Position numbers and translations under genes: made by a program
From: Candidatus Portnoybacteria bacterium
GTDB lineage: Bacteria; Patescibacteriota; Minisyncoccia; Portnoybacterales; GWB1-42-6
NCBI GenBank assembly: GCA_028688325.1
Contig: JAQTYI010000002.1
Location: 76,379 to 140,378 of the forward strand
Direction of reading: 5' to 3'
Length of the DNA: 64,000 nucleotides
Shown: positions 1 to 8,737 of the stretch, piece by piece
How the letters are laid out: each line of letters opens with the position of its first letter
Numbering within the stretch: position 1 is the first letter of the stretch
The notes under the pieces: model-generated
Told to the model about the DNA's origin: nothing
Databases searched by the model: none
What the model saw: only the letters and a program-made list of their open reading frames with translations

Positions 1-1233
1 AATGGATGAGGCCACGATTTTCCCTTCTTGGATTTTCGCGCCGGGCACGGTTATTGATTTTATCAAACGGAATATTTTGCCATCGACGGAAGCAAAGCGG
101 GTTTTTTCCACCAGCGCCTGCGCACCGGAGCTGAACTCGTTATATATGGTAATGATGCCCTTGGCTTTATCATTGACCTGGCGCTGTCCGGTGGCGCTAA
201 ACTCCTGCGATTGACGCTTGTCTAATTTTACGAATTGCGCCGGAATCTTATTTTGCATAAAATCGATTTTGCCGACGCCCTTGTCCGCCGTAACTGCCAG
301 GTCTTGATTAACGGCTTCTGTTTTGGGTTGAATCGAAATTTCGGCTTTGGGCAGAATGAAATATAAAGCCAGCAAAGCAACGACCAACGCCGCGCCGGCA
401 AACATGCCCAAAAACTTGCCGGAAAAAAACGGCACGATAGGTTTTCTGCTCGGCTTTTCCGGTCTCACCTTTTCAATTTTTAACAATTCTCCGAGTTTCT
501 TCAGGTTAAAAGGCAGCAAGTGGCCAAAAAATGGTTTTTTTTCTCTGCCGGACCGCTCTCCTTTGGCCAGGCCGTGAATCGGAAATTCTTCTTCATTTTC
601 GCCTTCTTTGGTTTCCTCGCCGTCTTCCGGCCGGTCGAAAAAATTTTTTATTTTTTCTTCTTTCTGGTCATTCTCTTCCGAGCCGCCGCGCTCTTCTTCC
701 TCAACAAAAGAATCTCCGAGCGCTCTTTCGTTTATCAGCTCATCAAGCTCAGATGAATTGTCCGCTTCTCTCTTCACTGGCAACGAGATCTTTTCGTCTT
801 TCTCTTCTATTTCTATTGAGTGTCTTTCAACGACCGCTTTATTGGGTCGGATATCGCTGAATTGGCGCGGGCCGGAAACGCTTTCGCGCTTGGCCTTAAC
901 CTCATCTTCCAGCATCGACTCGTATTTTCCCTGTGATATGTCATGAAAAACCTCCTCGTCTTCTTCGAGTTTCTTATTTTTAGGCAAGGCCACCCGCGAA
1001 GCGATTCCCACGCGTTTGGCCATTTCCCTGGCAACGCTGTCTTTAGTTATCAGTATAACTTCCTTGTTCAGGCGCTCCGCCTCGCGCTTCAAAAGCTTCA
1101 TCGCAATGATGTTTTTCAGAACGGCGGAATCTTTTGCCGCGACTAAAAAAACCTCTTCTTCGGCTGTCTCCCAAAGACGCTCCACGACAGAGGTTATATC
1201 ATCCTTCGTTTTTAAATTTATGACTTTAGCCAT
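1..1233 (-). CDS. Membrane-anchored CPR-type protein with a baseplate J-like C-terminal region (3' end runs out of the window)
   Basis: Not in the ORF track. Read manually from ATG at 1233: MAKVINLKTKDDITSVVERL..., then an acidic linker, a TM helix (FLGMFAGAALVVALLALYFILPKAEI) and KAKGIITIYNEFS...TRFASVDGKIFRL. Open to the window edge. Confidence 0.7.
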   Translation of the reverse strand, partial: MAKVINLKTKDDITSVVERLWETAEEEVFLVAAKDSAVLKNIIAMKLLKREAERLNKEVILITKDSVAREMAKRVGIASRVALPKNKKLEEDEEVFHDISQGKYESMLEDEVKAKRESVSGPRQFSDIRPNKAVVERHSIEIEEKDEKISLPVKREADNSSELDELINERALGDSFVEEEERGGSEENDQKEEKIKNFFDRPEDGEETKEGENEEEFPIHGLAKGERSGREKKPFFGHLLPFNLKKLGELLKIEKVRPEKPSRKPIVPFFSGKFLGMFAGAALVVALLALYFILPKAEISIQPKTEAVNQDLAVTADKGVGKIDFMQNKIPAQFVKLDKRQSQEFSATGQRQVNDKAKGIITIYNEFSSGAQALVEKTRFASVDGKIFRLIKSITVPGAKIQEGKIVASSI

Positions 1234-1356
1234 TTTCCCTCGCTTAAATGGTTAATGTTTATATAAGTATAGCAAAAATTCCTTTAATCACAAATATGCA
1301 TATCCACCGCGTAAAATTATGAGCGGAGCAAAAAATTTTAATTAGACCGGGAGCGA

Positions 1357-1490
1357 GGATTTGCTTTTCTGAAACGCTCAGTTTTGCGAGCGGGCACGGT
1401 TCTCCGCCTTGGGCGGAGAGAGCGAGCAAAGCTGGCGAATAAAATTTCCACGCTGGGGAAATTTTATGTTTTCAGAAAGCAAGTCCGAGC
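1357..1490. repeat. Multi-hairpin intergenic element downstream of alaS
   Basis: GGATTTGCTTTTCTGAAA (1357-1374) pairs with TTTCAGAAAGCAAGTCC (1470-1486). Internal hairpins include TCTCCGCCTTGGGCGGAGA and ATAAAATTTCC..GGAAATTTTAT. The end motif recurs at 8712-8732. Confidence 0.65.
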
Positions 1491-1495
1491 AATTA

Positions 1496-3589
1496 TTATT
1501 CCAATATCGCCTTAATCCTGCGCACACCGGCAGATGATGCTTCTTCCTTTACGATCTTAAATTTACCCAGCGCTCCAGTGCGCTCGGCGTGCGGCCCGCC
1601 GCAAATTTCGCGGCTGAATGCGCCTTCGACAAGCTCAGGCGATAAATCTTTATCCCCTGAGCGACCCCGCATTTGCGGGGGAGTCGAAGGGTTTTCTATT
1701 GTATAAACTTTCACCTTGTTTCCGTATTTGGCGTCAAATACGCCTGTTGCCCCGGACTCTTTCGCTTTCTCCAAATCCATCTCTTCGCAAACCACCGGCA
1801 AATCATTTTTTATCTGCTCATTAACGATATCTTCGACTTGCTTGATCTGCTCGGGCGTCATTTTCTGGCCGTAGGAAAAATCAAAGCGCAAGCGCTCGGG
1901 TGTGATGTTGGAGCCCTTTTGCGACACTTGCTCGCCCAAGACCTTTTTCAACGCCGCCAGCATCAAATGCGCGGCCGTGTGGTATTTCACCGTCGCCTCG
2001 CTGGCATCCGCCAGCCCGCCCTTGAACATCCCGGCCGAAGCGGCGCGGGAAAGTTCCTGGTGTTTTTTAAATTCTTCCTCAAACTCTTTCTTGAACTCTT
2101 TTTCATTTACAAGTAATGCCCTACCTGCTAATTCTTCTTGTATCATTTCCAGAGGAAACCCGTATGTCTGATATATAAAAAACGCTTTTTTTGCATCTAC
2201 TCTATTAAATTCTTTTATTTCTGCGCCCAAAGATATCTTCTGAGTACTACCAATAAGAAGCATCTTATTTAATTCTTTCAATCCCTGCTCCAGCGTTTCT
2301 TTGAATTTATTTTCTTCCTTGACTAACTGATGGATGATGAATTCCTTATTCTTTTCCAATTCCGGATAAGTATCTTTATATATTCTGACAACTTCGCCTG
2401 CGAGTTCAAAAGAAAAATTTTCTTTGATGCCCAGAGAAAAAGCGTTGCGCACCGCGCGGCGAATGAGCCGGCGCAAAACATAACCCGCGCCGACATTGGA
2501 AGGCGTGATCCTTTTTTCATCGCCCAGAATGAAAGCGGCGGCCTTGATATGGTCGGCGATAATGCGCATCGCGCGCGTTATATCTTCTCTCTCCTTTTGT
2601 AAATCTAACCCCCCTGCGCCCCCCTTTAAAAGGGGGGGAGATACAGGTTTTTCTCCCCCCTTATGCAAAAGGGGGGTTGGGGGGTTAATTTCCCCTCTTC
2701 TTAAAGGAGAGGGCTGGGACGAGATTATACCGTATTTTTTCCCCGACAATTCCTCTATCTTTCCTATCAGCGGCCAAAAGAGTTCGTTATCAAAAGCGTC
2801 TCTTTTACCATTTAACACGGATGCCGTCCGCTCCAATCCCATCCCTGTGTCCACATTCTTTTGCTTTAATTTTTCAAACTTGCCCGCCGTGATTTTATTG
2901 AATTCCATAAAAACATCATTCCAAACTTCCATCACTCGAAAATCATTAATTTCTTCGTCAAAAGTTTTTTGTAAAATGCCAAGTTGCGACTCGGTATCAT
3001 AAAACATTTCCGTGGCCGGACCGCACGGCCCGGTTTGCCCGGCCGGCCCCCACCAGTTATCTTTAGTAGGCATTGGAAAAATTCGGTAATTTTTATTACC
3101 GGCAATTTTTGTATTGTATGAGCAAACTTCTGCCTCAATCCCAGCAGAAGCAAAAACTTTTTTCCAAACTTCAATTGCTTCCGTATCCTGTTCGCTATTT
3201 TCATCACCCATAAAAACCGTAACATACAGCCGCTGCGGGTCCATTCCCAGCCATTCCTTGCTAGTCAAAAATTCCCAGCTCCACTCAATCGCCTCTTTCT
3301 TAAAATAATCGCCCAGCGACCAGTTACCAAGCATCTCAAAAAAGGTCAGATGACGGTTATCACCAACATCATCAATATCAGAAGTGCGAATACATTTTTG
3401 TGCATCACAAAGCCGCGAACTGGCCGGATGCTTTTCGCCCATAAGATAGGGCACCAGCGGATGCATGCCCGCGGTAGTAAAAAGCACGGTCGGGTCGTTT
3501 TCGGGAATCAAAGAAGCCGAGGGGATTGTCGTATGGCCCTTTGTCTTGAAAAATTCCAGATATTTTTGCCTCAATTCTTTTGCGGTCAT
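1496..3589 (-). CDS. alaS: Alanine--tRNA ligase (short form, no C-Ala domain)
   Basis: Motifs DPTVLFTTAGM, HLTFFEMLGNWS, GPCGP, DTGMGLER, GYVLRRLIRRA; editing domain HTAAHL and EICGGPH; ends at AGVRRIKA. Confidence 0.97.
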   Translation of the reverse strand: MTAKELRQKYLEFFKTKGHTTIPSASLIPENDPTVLFTTAGMHPLVPYLMGEKHPASSRLCDAQKCIRTSDIDDVGDNRHLTFFEMLGNWSLGDYFKKEAIEWSWEFLTSKEWLGMDPQRLYVTVFMGDENSEQDTEAIEVWKKVFASAGIEAEVCSYNTKIAGNKNYRIFPMPTKDNWWGPAGQTGPCGPATEMFYDTESQLGILQKTFDEEINDFRVMEVWNDVFMEFNKITAGKFEKLKQKNVDTGMGLERTASVLNGKRDAFDNELFWPLIGKIEELSGKKYGIISSQPSPLRRGEINPPTPLLHKGGEKPVSPPLLKGGAGGLDLQKEREDITRAMRIIADHIKAAAFILGDEKRITPSNVGAGYVLRRLIRRAVRNAFSLGIKENFSFELAGEVVRIYKDTYPELEKNKEFIIHQLVKEENKFKETLEQGLKELNKMLLIGSTQKISLGAEIKEFNRVDAKKAFFIYQTYGFPLEMIQEELAGRALLVNEKEFKKEFEEEFKKHQELSRAASAGMFKGGLADASEATVKYHTAAHLMLAALKKVLGEQVSQKGSNITPERLRFDFSYGQKMTPEQIKQVEDIVNEQIKNDLPVVCEEMDLEKAKESGATGVFDAKYGNKVKVYTIENPSTPPQMRGRSGDKDLSPELVEGAFSREICGGPHAERTGALGKFKIVKEEASSAGVRRIKAILE
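1622..1691. repeat. In-frame REP-like doublet inside the alaS editing domain
   Basis: CCTTCGACAAGCTCAGG ... CCCTGAGCGA[CCCCGCATTTGCGGGG]GAGTCGAAGGG. Encodes the extra peptide PSTPPQMRGRSGDKDLSPELVEGA. Confidence 0.8.
2606..2725. repeat. In-frame C/G-run palindromic repeat (three units) inside alaS
   Basis: Units CCCCCCTTTAAAAGGGGGG, CCCCCCTTATGCAAAAGGGGGG and CCCTCTTCTTAAAGGAGAGGG. Encodes PSPLRRGEINPPTPLLHKGGEKPVSPPLLKGGAGG. Confidence 0.8.
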
Positions 3590-3661
3590 TCTCGTTTAAT
3601 CTTAACAATTCAAATTCGTTTAGTAAATACGGCGATTGTCGTTTTAAAATAAATAAAGCTC

Positions 3662-3690
3662 TTGACTTCAAAAATAACTTGTGCTAAATT
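3662..3690 (+). promoter_or_regulatory. Putative sigma70 promoter, divergent from alaS
   Basis: TTGACT-17 bp-TAAATT with a TG extension. Confidence 0.45.
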
Positions 3691-4125
3691 ATAAATAATT
3701 CATCGTGTTCTTTCAATTCGGGAGCAATCCCAGAAAGGAGAATGCTTATTTGCTTGTTTCGGTCCTCAGTATAACTCTCGCTTTGGCCTGATATCCGTAA
3801 AAATCGTATCGGGAAAAGCGAATTTGAGGCAACCGGCCCGGATGGCCACAACCAAAGGGAGGGACTATTATGTTTCTACGAGCCGAACTTTGGCCCCCAT
3901 TTTGCCCGCATTATTTTGCCAGTTAGAACAATCTTCTAAGGCAAAGTGGGGGCTGGGAAATTCCCCGGACTATTTACAAGGCAAAAAACCGAATATCGTT
4001 CCTTGTCCGCCTTCCGCGCGGCAAAAAATGGACATCGCTTATCCGCGATGCCGTCCCTAATCCCCATTCATGATGCCTGGCTTTGTCCAAGCAATAAACA
4101 TTGAATCGCGAGGCGGGACAAATTC

Positions 4126-4155
4126 AAGGGCTCCCCTGAAAAGGAGCCCTTTTTA
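4126..4155. terminator. Intrinsic terminator (possibly bidirectional) at the mnmA 3' end
   Basis: Stem AAGGGCTCC/GGAGCCCTT followed by a T run on the + strand. Confidence 0.65.
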
Positions 4156-4156
4156 T

Positions 4157-5470
4157 TTACAGAATAATTCCTCCTCCCAAAACCTCTCCTCCTTTATATA
4201 ATACCGCGCTTTGCCCGGGCGTTACAGCCCGCTGGGGCTTGGCAAAAACCACAAACGACTTGTGCCCCGACCGCAGCCGGATAGCGGCCCGCGCCCCTTT
4301 GCCCTGATATCTTATCTTAACCTTGCAGCTCAAAGGTAATTTCGGCGAATTGCCGCTCACCCAGTTGATATCGCCGACGAACATTTCTTTCTGCAATAGA
4401 TCTTTTTTATTACTGCTCACATATAAAATATTTTTCTTCGGGTCTTTTTTAACGACATAAAAAGGGCCCGGCCCGCCAATGCTTGCCCGCTGGCCGATGG
4501 TAAAAAGCGGCAAACCGGCATGCTGCCCCAAGATTGACTCTTTTGTCATCCCGGGCTTGACCCGGGATCCAGGCCCCTGGATTCCCGCCTCCAGTTTATC
4601 CCGCACTTGATGCGGGGCGGGAATGACAGATGCAAAAATAATTTTCCCTGGCTTCAATTTCAAGTGCTTTTTTAAAAAAGCATTGTAGTCCCCCGCAAAA
4701 CAGATATCGAATGACTGATGCGCCTGATGAGGCAGCTGCCATTTTTTGGCCAGCCCGTAAACTTCTTCTTTGGTATATCCGCCAAGCGGAAAAAGCACCC
4801 GGCTAATTTGACCTTGGTTTAAAAGGTGCAAAAAATACGACTGATCCTTCTGTTTGTCTTTGGCGGTGAAAAGTTTATACCCTAAGCTGTCATCCTGAGC
4901 GATAGCGAAGGATCTCCCGCGCATGCGGGCCGACATTCGGCGAAGATTCTTCGCTTCACTCAGAATGACACTCATAGATTTTATTTGCGCATAATGGCCC
5001 GTAGCGATATAATCCGCGCCCAGTTTTTTGGCGCGCGCCAAAAACAGCCCGAATTTTATCCGGGGATTGCAGACCACGCAGGGATTGGGCGTTCTGCCCG
5101 CGCGAAGCTCGGCCAGAAAATAGTCCACGACCTCGCGCTTGAATTCTTTGGAAAAATCAAAAATGTAAAAGGGGATGCCCAATTTTCCGGCCACCAGCCG
5201 CGCGGCCGCTTCGCTTTCCGCGGAGCAGCAAGCATTTTCCGATCCGCGTAGATCCGCGTCCTCAAGATCCGCGTCTATCCGCGGTTTCCAGAAACGCATA
5301 AAAACCCCGGCCACATCATAGCCCTGCTCTTTAAGCAAAGCCGCGGCCACCGAAGAATCAACTCCCCCGGATAAGCCGACAAAGACACGCTTGCCGGCGC
5401 CTCCGGCTTTCCCGGAGCGTAATCGAGGAGATAAGCCCGCCGATGCCATTTTTCCTTCATTTTTTTGCAT
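4157..5470 (-). CDS. mnmA: tRNA 2-thiouridine(34) synthase MnmA (start uncertain)
   Basis: PP-loop GLSGGVDSS, RTPNPCVVCN, ATGHYA, KDQSYFL, DICF, TIGQR, AVTPGQSAVLY. Longer than usual because of repeat insertions. Confidence 0.95.
   Translation of the reverse strand: MQKNEGKMASAGLSPRLRSGKAGGAGKRVFVGLSGGVDSSVAAALLKEQGYDVAGVFMRFWKPRIDADLEDADLRGSENACCSAESEAAARLVAGKLGIPFYIFDFSKEFKREVVDYFLAELRAGRTPNPCVVCNPRIKFGLFLARAKKLGADYIATGHYAQIKSMSVILSEAKNLRRMSARMRGRSFAIAQDDSLGYKLFTAKDKQKDQSYFLHLLNQGQISRVLFPLGGYTKEEVYGLAKKWQLPHQAHQSFDICFAGDYNAFLKKHLKLKPGKIIFASVIPAPHQVRDKLEAGIQGPGSRVKPGMTKESILGQHAGLPLFTIGQRASIGGPGPFYVVKKDPKKNILYVSSNKKDLLQKEMFVGDINWVSGNSPKLPLSCKVKIRYQGKGARAAIRLRSGHKSFVVFAKPQRAVTPGQSAVLYKGGEVLGGGIIL
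4544..4628. repeat. In-frame palindromic element in mnmA with a nested hairpin
   Basis: TGTCATCCCGGGCTTGACCCGGGATCCAG..CTGGATTCCCGCCTC[..ATCCCGCACTTGATGCGGG]GCGGGAATGACA, with TGTCAT/ATGACA ends. Peptide VIPAPHQVRDKLEAGIQGPGSRVKPGMT. A homologous copy lies at 24614-24732. Confidence 0.85.
4888..4970. repeat. In-frame palindromic element in mnmA
   Basis: TGTCATCCTGAGCGATAGCGAAGGATCT...AGATTCTTCGCTTCACTCAGAATGACA. Peptide VILSEAKNL...RSFAIAQDD. Confidence 0.85.
5241..5285. repeat. Short tandem ATCCGCG(T) repeats in frame in mnmA
   Basis: GATCCGCGTA GATCCGCGTC ctcaa GATCCGCGTC TATCCGCGG. Peptide PRIDADLEDADLRGS. Confidence 0.7.
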
Positions 5471-5702
5471 ACCAGATAGTAGAAATTCGGCTGTGTATAA
5501 AATCCGCCTCAATTACCTTGACCTGCCGAACTCTATAATTTTATCAAATTTTGCCAGCCAACGATAAATCGGCTAAACTGCCGAATTTTCACTATCTGGC
5601 ATAGAATAGTTTTAGCGCATAAATCCCCTCTTGGCAAATTAAAAAAATTGTAGTATAAAGAAACCAGATGCTTAGACGGCATTTTTAAATTTAATTAAAG
5701 CA

Positions 5703-5787
5703 ATCCGAATCTACGAGTCACATCCGAATGCTCCTAATGGAATTCGGATGGGCGCTTTCGGATAATGTCCTGAGCGGGGCGAAGGAC
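5703..5787. repeat. Hairpin/REP-like elements in the efp leader
   Basis: ATCCGAAT repeats with an inverted ATTCGGAT copy, followed by GTCCTGAGCGGGGCGAAGGAC (5767-5787), which resembles the alaS/NUDIX insert family. Confidence 0.55.
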
Positions 5788-5806
5788 TTTGCGCTATTTG
5801 GATGCT

Positions 5807-6373
5807 ATGATCAACTACAACGAACTCAAACCGGGTGTTTTTTTCGTGATGGACGGCGAACCCTATGAAGTCCTGGAATTCGGCTTTATGCGCATGCAGC
5901 AAAGAAAGCCGGTCGCCCAGACCAAGATCAAAAATATGCTCACCGGCAAGGTACTTAACCGCAATTTCCAGCACACCGACAGCTTCCAGGAAGCGGAGAT
6001 AGATTATAAAAAAGTTAAATTTTTATACGCCCACCGCGACAAATTCGTTTTCTGCGAGATGGATAATCCCTCGGCGCGCTTTGAGCTTTCCCAAGAAGCC
6101 ATCGGCGACAAGGCAAAATTTTTCAAACCCAATTCGGAAGTTGAGGTCGTGAAATTCGAAGATAAGCTCATCAATGTCGAGCTGCCCATAAAAATGCAGT
6201 TTAAGGTCATTGAAGCTCCCCCGTCCATTAAAGGCAACACTGCCCAGGGCGGCAACAAGGCCGTGAAAATCGAGACCGGCGCCATGATCAATGCGCCTCT
6301 CTTTGTTGAAGAAGGCGACATTATCGAGGTTAACACCCAAACGGGCGAATACTCCGGAAGAGTGAACAAATAG
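5807..6373 (+). CDS. efp: Elongation factor P
   Basis: 188 aa from ATG 5807. LKPG..DGEPYEV at the N-terminus; KGNTAQGGNKAVKIETGAMINAPLFVEEGDIIEVNTQTGEY at the C-terminus. Confidence 0.95.
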   Translation: MINYNELKPGVFFVMDGEPYEVLEFGFMRMQQRKPVAQTKIKNMLTGKVLNRNFQHTDSFQEAEIDYKKVKFLYAHRDKFVFCEMDNPSARFELSQEAIGDKAKFFKPNSEVEVVKFEDKLINVELPIKMQFKVIEAPPSIKGNTAQGGNKAVKIETGAMINAPLFVEEGDIIEVNTQTGEYSGRVNK

Positions 6374-6375
6374 TT

Positions 6376-6482
6376 CAGCTAACAGTTAACAGTCAACAAA
6401 AAACACCTTGCAGATGCGAGGTGTTTTTTTATAAAATATCTTTATTATTTTTGTTTACTGTTATCTGTTTTCTGTTTGCTGA
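6376..6482. repeat. Inverted heptamer tandem repeats around the efp terminator
   Basis: AACAGTT-AACAGTC-AAC on the left; TGTTTAC-TGTTATC-TGTTTTC-TGTTTGC on the right. Confidence 0.55.
6398..6430. terminator. Bidirectional intrinsic terminator
   Basis: AAAAAACACCTTGC-agat-GCGAGGTGTTTTTT between two convergent genes. Confidence 0.8.
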
Positions 6483-6483
6483 T

Positions 6484-8472
6484 TCACAGTTCCGCCGTTT
6501 CCCCCGGCTTCAGGTCTTTCATATCACCCTGACTCGCCGGCTGATTTTTTTGTTCCGGCATTTTTTCCGCGGATCTGGCAACCCCGTAAAATTTATCGTC
6601 CCCGTAGAGCTTTTCGCCACGAGGCGCAGCGCCTGGCGCGGCCGGGCCCACCACTTCATTCAGCGCGCTGCGCAATTCCGACAGATTCGGGCCGGTCCGC
6701 GGTTTTTTGATCGCAAACCTGGCTGGCTCGACGCGAGGGGCAAACTCGGGCATCTTGCGGCCGGTCGCCTCGCTCAGAGAGATGGTCGGGCCGGTTTCTT
6801 TTATGACCGGTCCGCTCTCATTTCTCACTCTTTCGTTAAAACTTTGGCTCTCGCCAAAGCGCTGAGGTGCGCTTTGGCTAATATTTTTCTTCAACCCGTC
6901 AACCTTAGGCGCGCCGGGATTTGGCGCCTGACTGCGGACTTTTATTAAGCAGTCCTTGCAATAAACAGGCCTTACGCCGTCGGGCTTAAAATTCAATTCC
7001 ACTCGCTTGCCGCATTCGAAACATTTGTCAACATATATCGGCCCACCCGCAACGCCAGCAATGCGGCCTGCCTGGCGAAGGGAGCTAACCGGTTGTTTGG
7101 CCAGTTGCGGCCTTTCCGAAGCGCGGCCCTGCGTCTGAGGCAAAGAATATCTTTTTTCGCCTTCTTCGCTTTCTTCTTCCACAAATCCGCTCCAACGCGC
7201 AATCTTCTCTTCCACTTCTTTGCGCGATAAGCCCCCGTAGCGCTCGCGGGAAACTTTGATTATCTTTTCCCGGTGGCTTTTTTCCGTGCGCTCTATCGGC
7301 GCCAGAGTCGTGGCTGAAAACGGCCGCGAGGAAAAACCATTTATCATTAATTTTAAATAAACCTGGGCAAACCCCAAGCCAACCAGGTCGTCAGCGACAA
7401 ATTCCGGCGAAAATTCTTTTTCCAAAAACTCTGCGTCCTCCGCCCCCACGCGAAAAACTATTATCGTGCCCACATTGCCAAAAACCGCGTCGCGCACCCT
7501 GGTGCTGGTGTCTGTAGCCAGCTGCCCGATGTATTGGTGCGCTAAAACAAGATTCAAATGATACTTTCTGGCCTCGGATAAAATATTGGCGAAGCTGTCT
7601 GTGGCAAAATTTTGGAATTCGTCCACATACAGATAAAAATCTTTTCTTTCATTTTCCGGAACATTGACCCGCGACATGGCAGCCAGCTGAATCTTGGTTA
7701 TCATCATGGCGCCAAGCAGCGCCGAAGCGTCCTCGCCGACCTGGCCTTTGGATAAATTCAGTATCAGAACTTTTCCTTCGTCCATCACTTTTCGCGGATC
7801 AATGGTGGATTTGGTCTGGCCCACAATATTGCGAATCAGGGGATTCGTTAAAAATTGCCCGACTTTGTTTTGGATGGGAGAAATGGCCTCCACTTCAAAA
7901 TTACCCTTATATTTTGAAAATTCATCCACCCAAAAACTTTTGACCACCGGATCTTTAACTTTATCCATCACCTTGGCCCGGTATTCTTTGTCCACGAGCA
8001 GCCGCATGATGCCAAGAAGCGTGGCGCCCGGATATTCCAGCAGCGCCAAAACCGCGTTTCGCAAAACATATTCCAAGCGCGGCCCCCAACTCTCGGCCCA
8101 AATCTTCTTGAACACGCCGATGAGCCCTGAAGCCACCAAATGACGGTGTTCGGAATCAACTTGTTCCATAACATTAAAAGCGATGGGGAAATCCATATCC
8201 GCGGGATTGAAATAGATGACATCGTTAACACGGTTGGACGGCACGAAATCTATCATCTTTTCGGCAAAATCGCCATGCGGGTCCACGATCGCCAGGCCCT
8301 TGCCCGCCTGAATATCCTGCTTGGCCATATTTTCCAGCAATGTTGTTTTACCTGTACCGGTTTTTCCCACGATATAAACATGGCGCTGCCTGTCGCCGTT
8401 TTTTATGCCGAACTTGCGCTTTTGGCTGCGAAAATCGGTCTCGCCGATAGTTGTGATATATTCTTCTGCCAT
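6484..8472 (-). CDS. VirD4/TraD-like (FtsK-HerA superfamily) ATPase with a C-terminal CxxC-x17-CxxC zinc-binding domain
   Basis: Walker A GKTGTGKT, IVDPHGD, Walker B LYVDEFQNF, SEARKY, AHQY; CFEC...FKPDGVRPVYCKDC. Confidence 0.85.
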   Translation of the reverse strand: MAEEYITTIGETDFRSQKRKFGIKNGDRQRHVYIVGKTGTGKTTLLENMAKQDIQAGKGLAIVDPHGDFAEKMIDFVPSNRVNDVIYFNPADMDFPIAFNVMEQVDSEHRHLVASGLIGVFKKIWAESWGPRLEYVLRNAVLALLEYPGATLLGIMRLLVDKEYRAKVMDKVKDPVVKSFWVDEFSKYKGNFEVEAISPIQNKVGQFLTNPLIRNIVGQTKSTIDPRKVMDEGKVLILNLSKGQVGEDASALLGAMMITKIQLAAMSRVNVPENERKDFYLYVDEFQNFATDSFANILSEARKYHLNLVLAHQYIGQLATDTSTRVRDAVFGNVGTIIVFRVGAEDAEFLEKEFSPEFVADDLVGLGFAQVYLKLMINGFSSRPFSATTLAPIERTEKSHREKIIKVSRERYGGLSRKEVEEKIARWSGFVEEESEEGEKRYSLPQTQGRASERPQLAKQPVSSLRQAGRIAGVAGGPIYVDKCFECGKRVELNFKPDGVRPVYCKDCLIKVRSQAPNPGAPKVDGLKKNISQSAPQRFGESQSFNERVRNESGPVIKETGPTISLSEATGRKMPEFAPRVEPARFAIKKPRTGPNLSELRSALNEVVGPAAPGAAPRGEKLYGDDKFYGVARSAEKMPEQKNQPASQGDMKDLKPGETAEL

Positions 8473-8505
8473 ATAATATTATAAGATTTGACTGTTGAAT
8501 TCTCT

Positions 8506-8732
8506 CCGCGCATACGAAAAACTTTAGAACAAAATCGAGATGAGCAAGGCGTAAAATTTGCGTGTTGTGGTGGGGCCCCGACCGTCAGGTCGGGGCGTTG
8601 AGGATAGTAAATTTAGACGAGCGAATCCGATTTTGTTAAGGTTTTATCGTCGCGCGGCGGTTTTTCTGGTTCTCTTTTGCCCGGGCAAAAGAGAACGAAC
8701 TAATTTCACGATTTCAGGAAGCAAATCCGAGC
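8506..8732. repeat. Composite hairpin-rich intergenic element
   Basis: Long imperfect stem AAAACTTTAGAACAAAATCG/CGATTTTGTTAAGGTTTT enclosing GCCCCGACC-GTCA-GGTCGGGGC. Perfect 28 bp palindrome GTTCTCTTTTGCCCGGGCAAAAGAGAAC at 8669-8696. End motif shared with 1470-1490. Confidence 0.65.
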
Positions 8733-8737
8733 GATTT

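Noticed and set aside
1-1233. Prophage, suggested by the baseplate J-like region
   Set aside because: It is a single membrane-anchored gene next to alaS with no other phage genes in the window.
3870-4073. Alternative genetic code (stop-codon reassignment)
   Set aside because: TAA, TAG and TGA all end conserved genes at expected positions, for example efp (TAG) and the ATPase at 6484 (TGA).
7066-7083. Possible degenerate REP inserts in the ATPase tail (SLRQAGR) and in the HARE-HTH gene (LPSGRQA)
   Set aside because: Too short and degenerate to distinguish from chance.
6484-8472. Conjugative element or ICE
   Set aside because: No integrase, relaxase, VirB genes or att repeats are seen, and the context is housekeeping genes.
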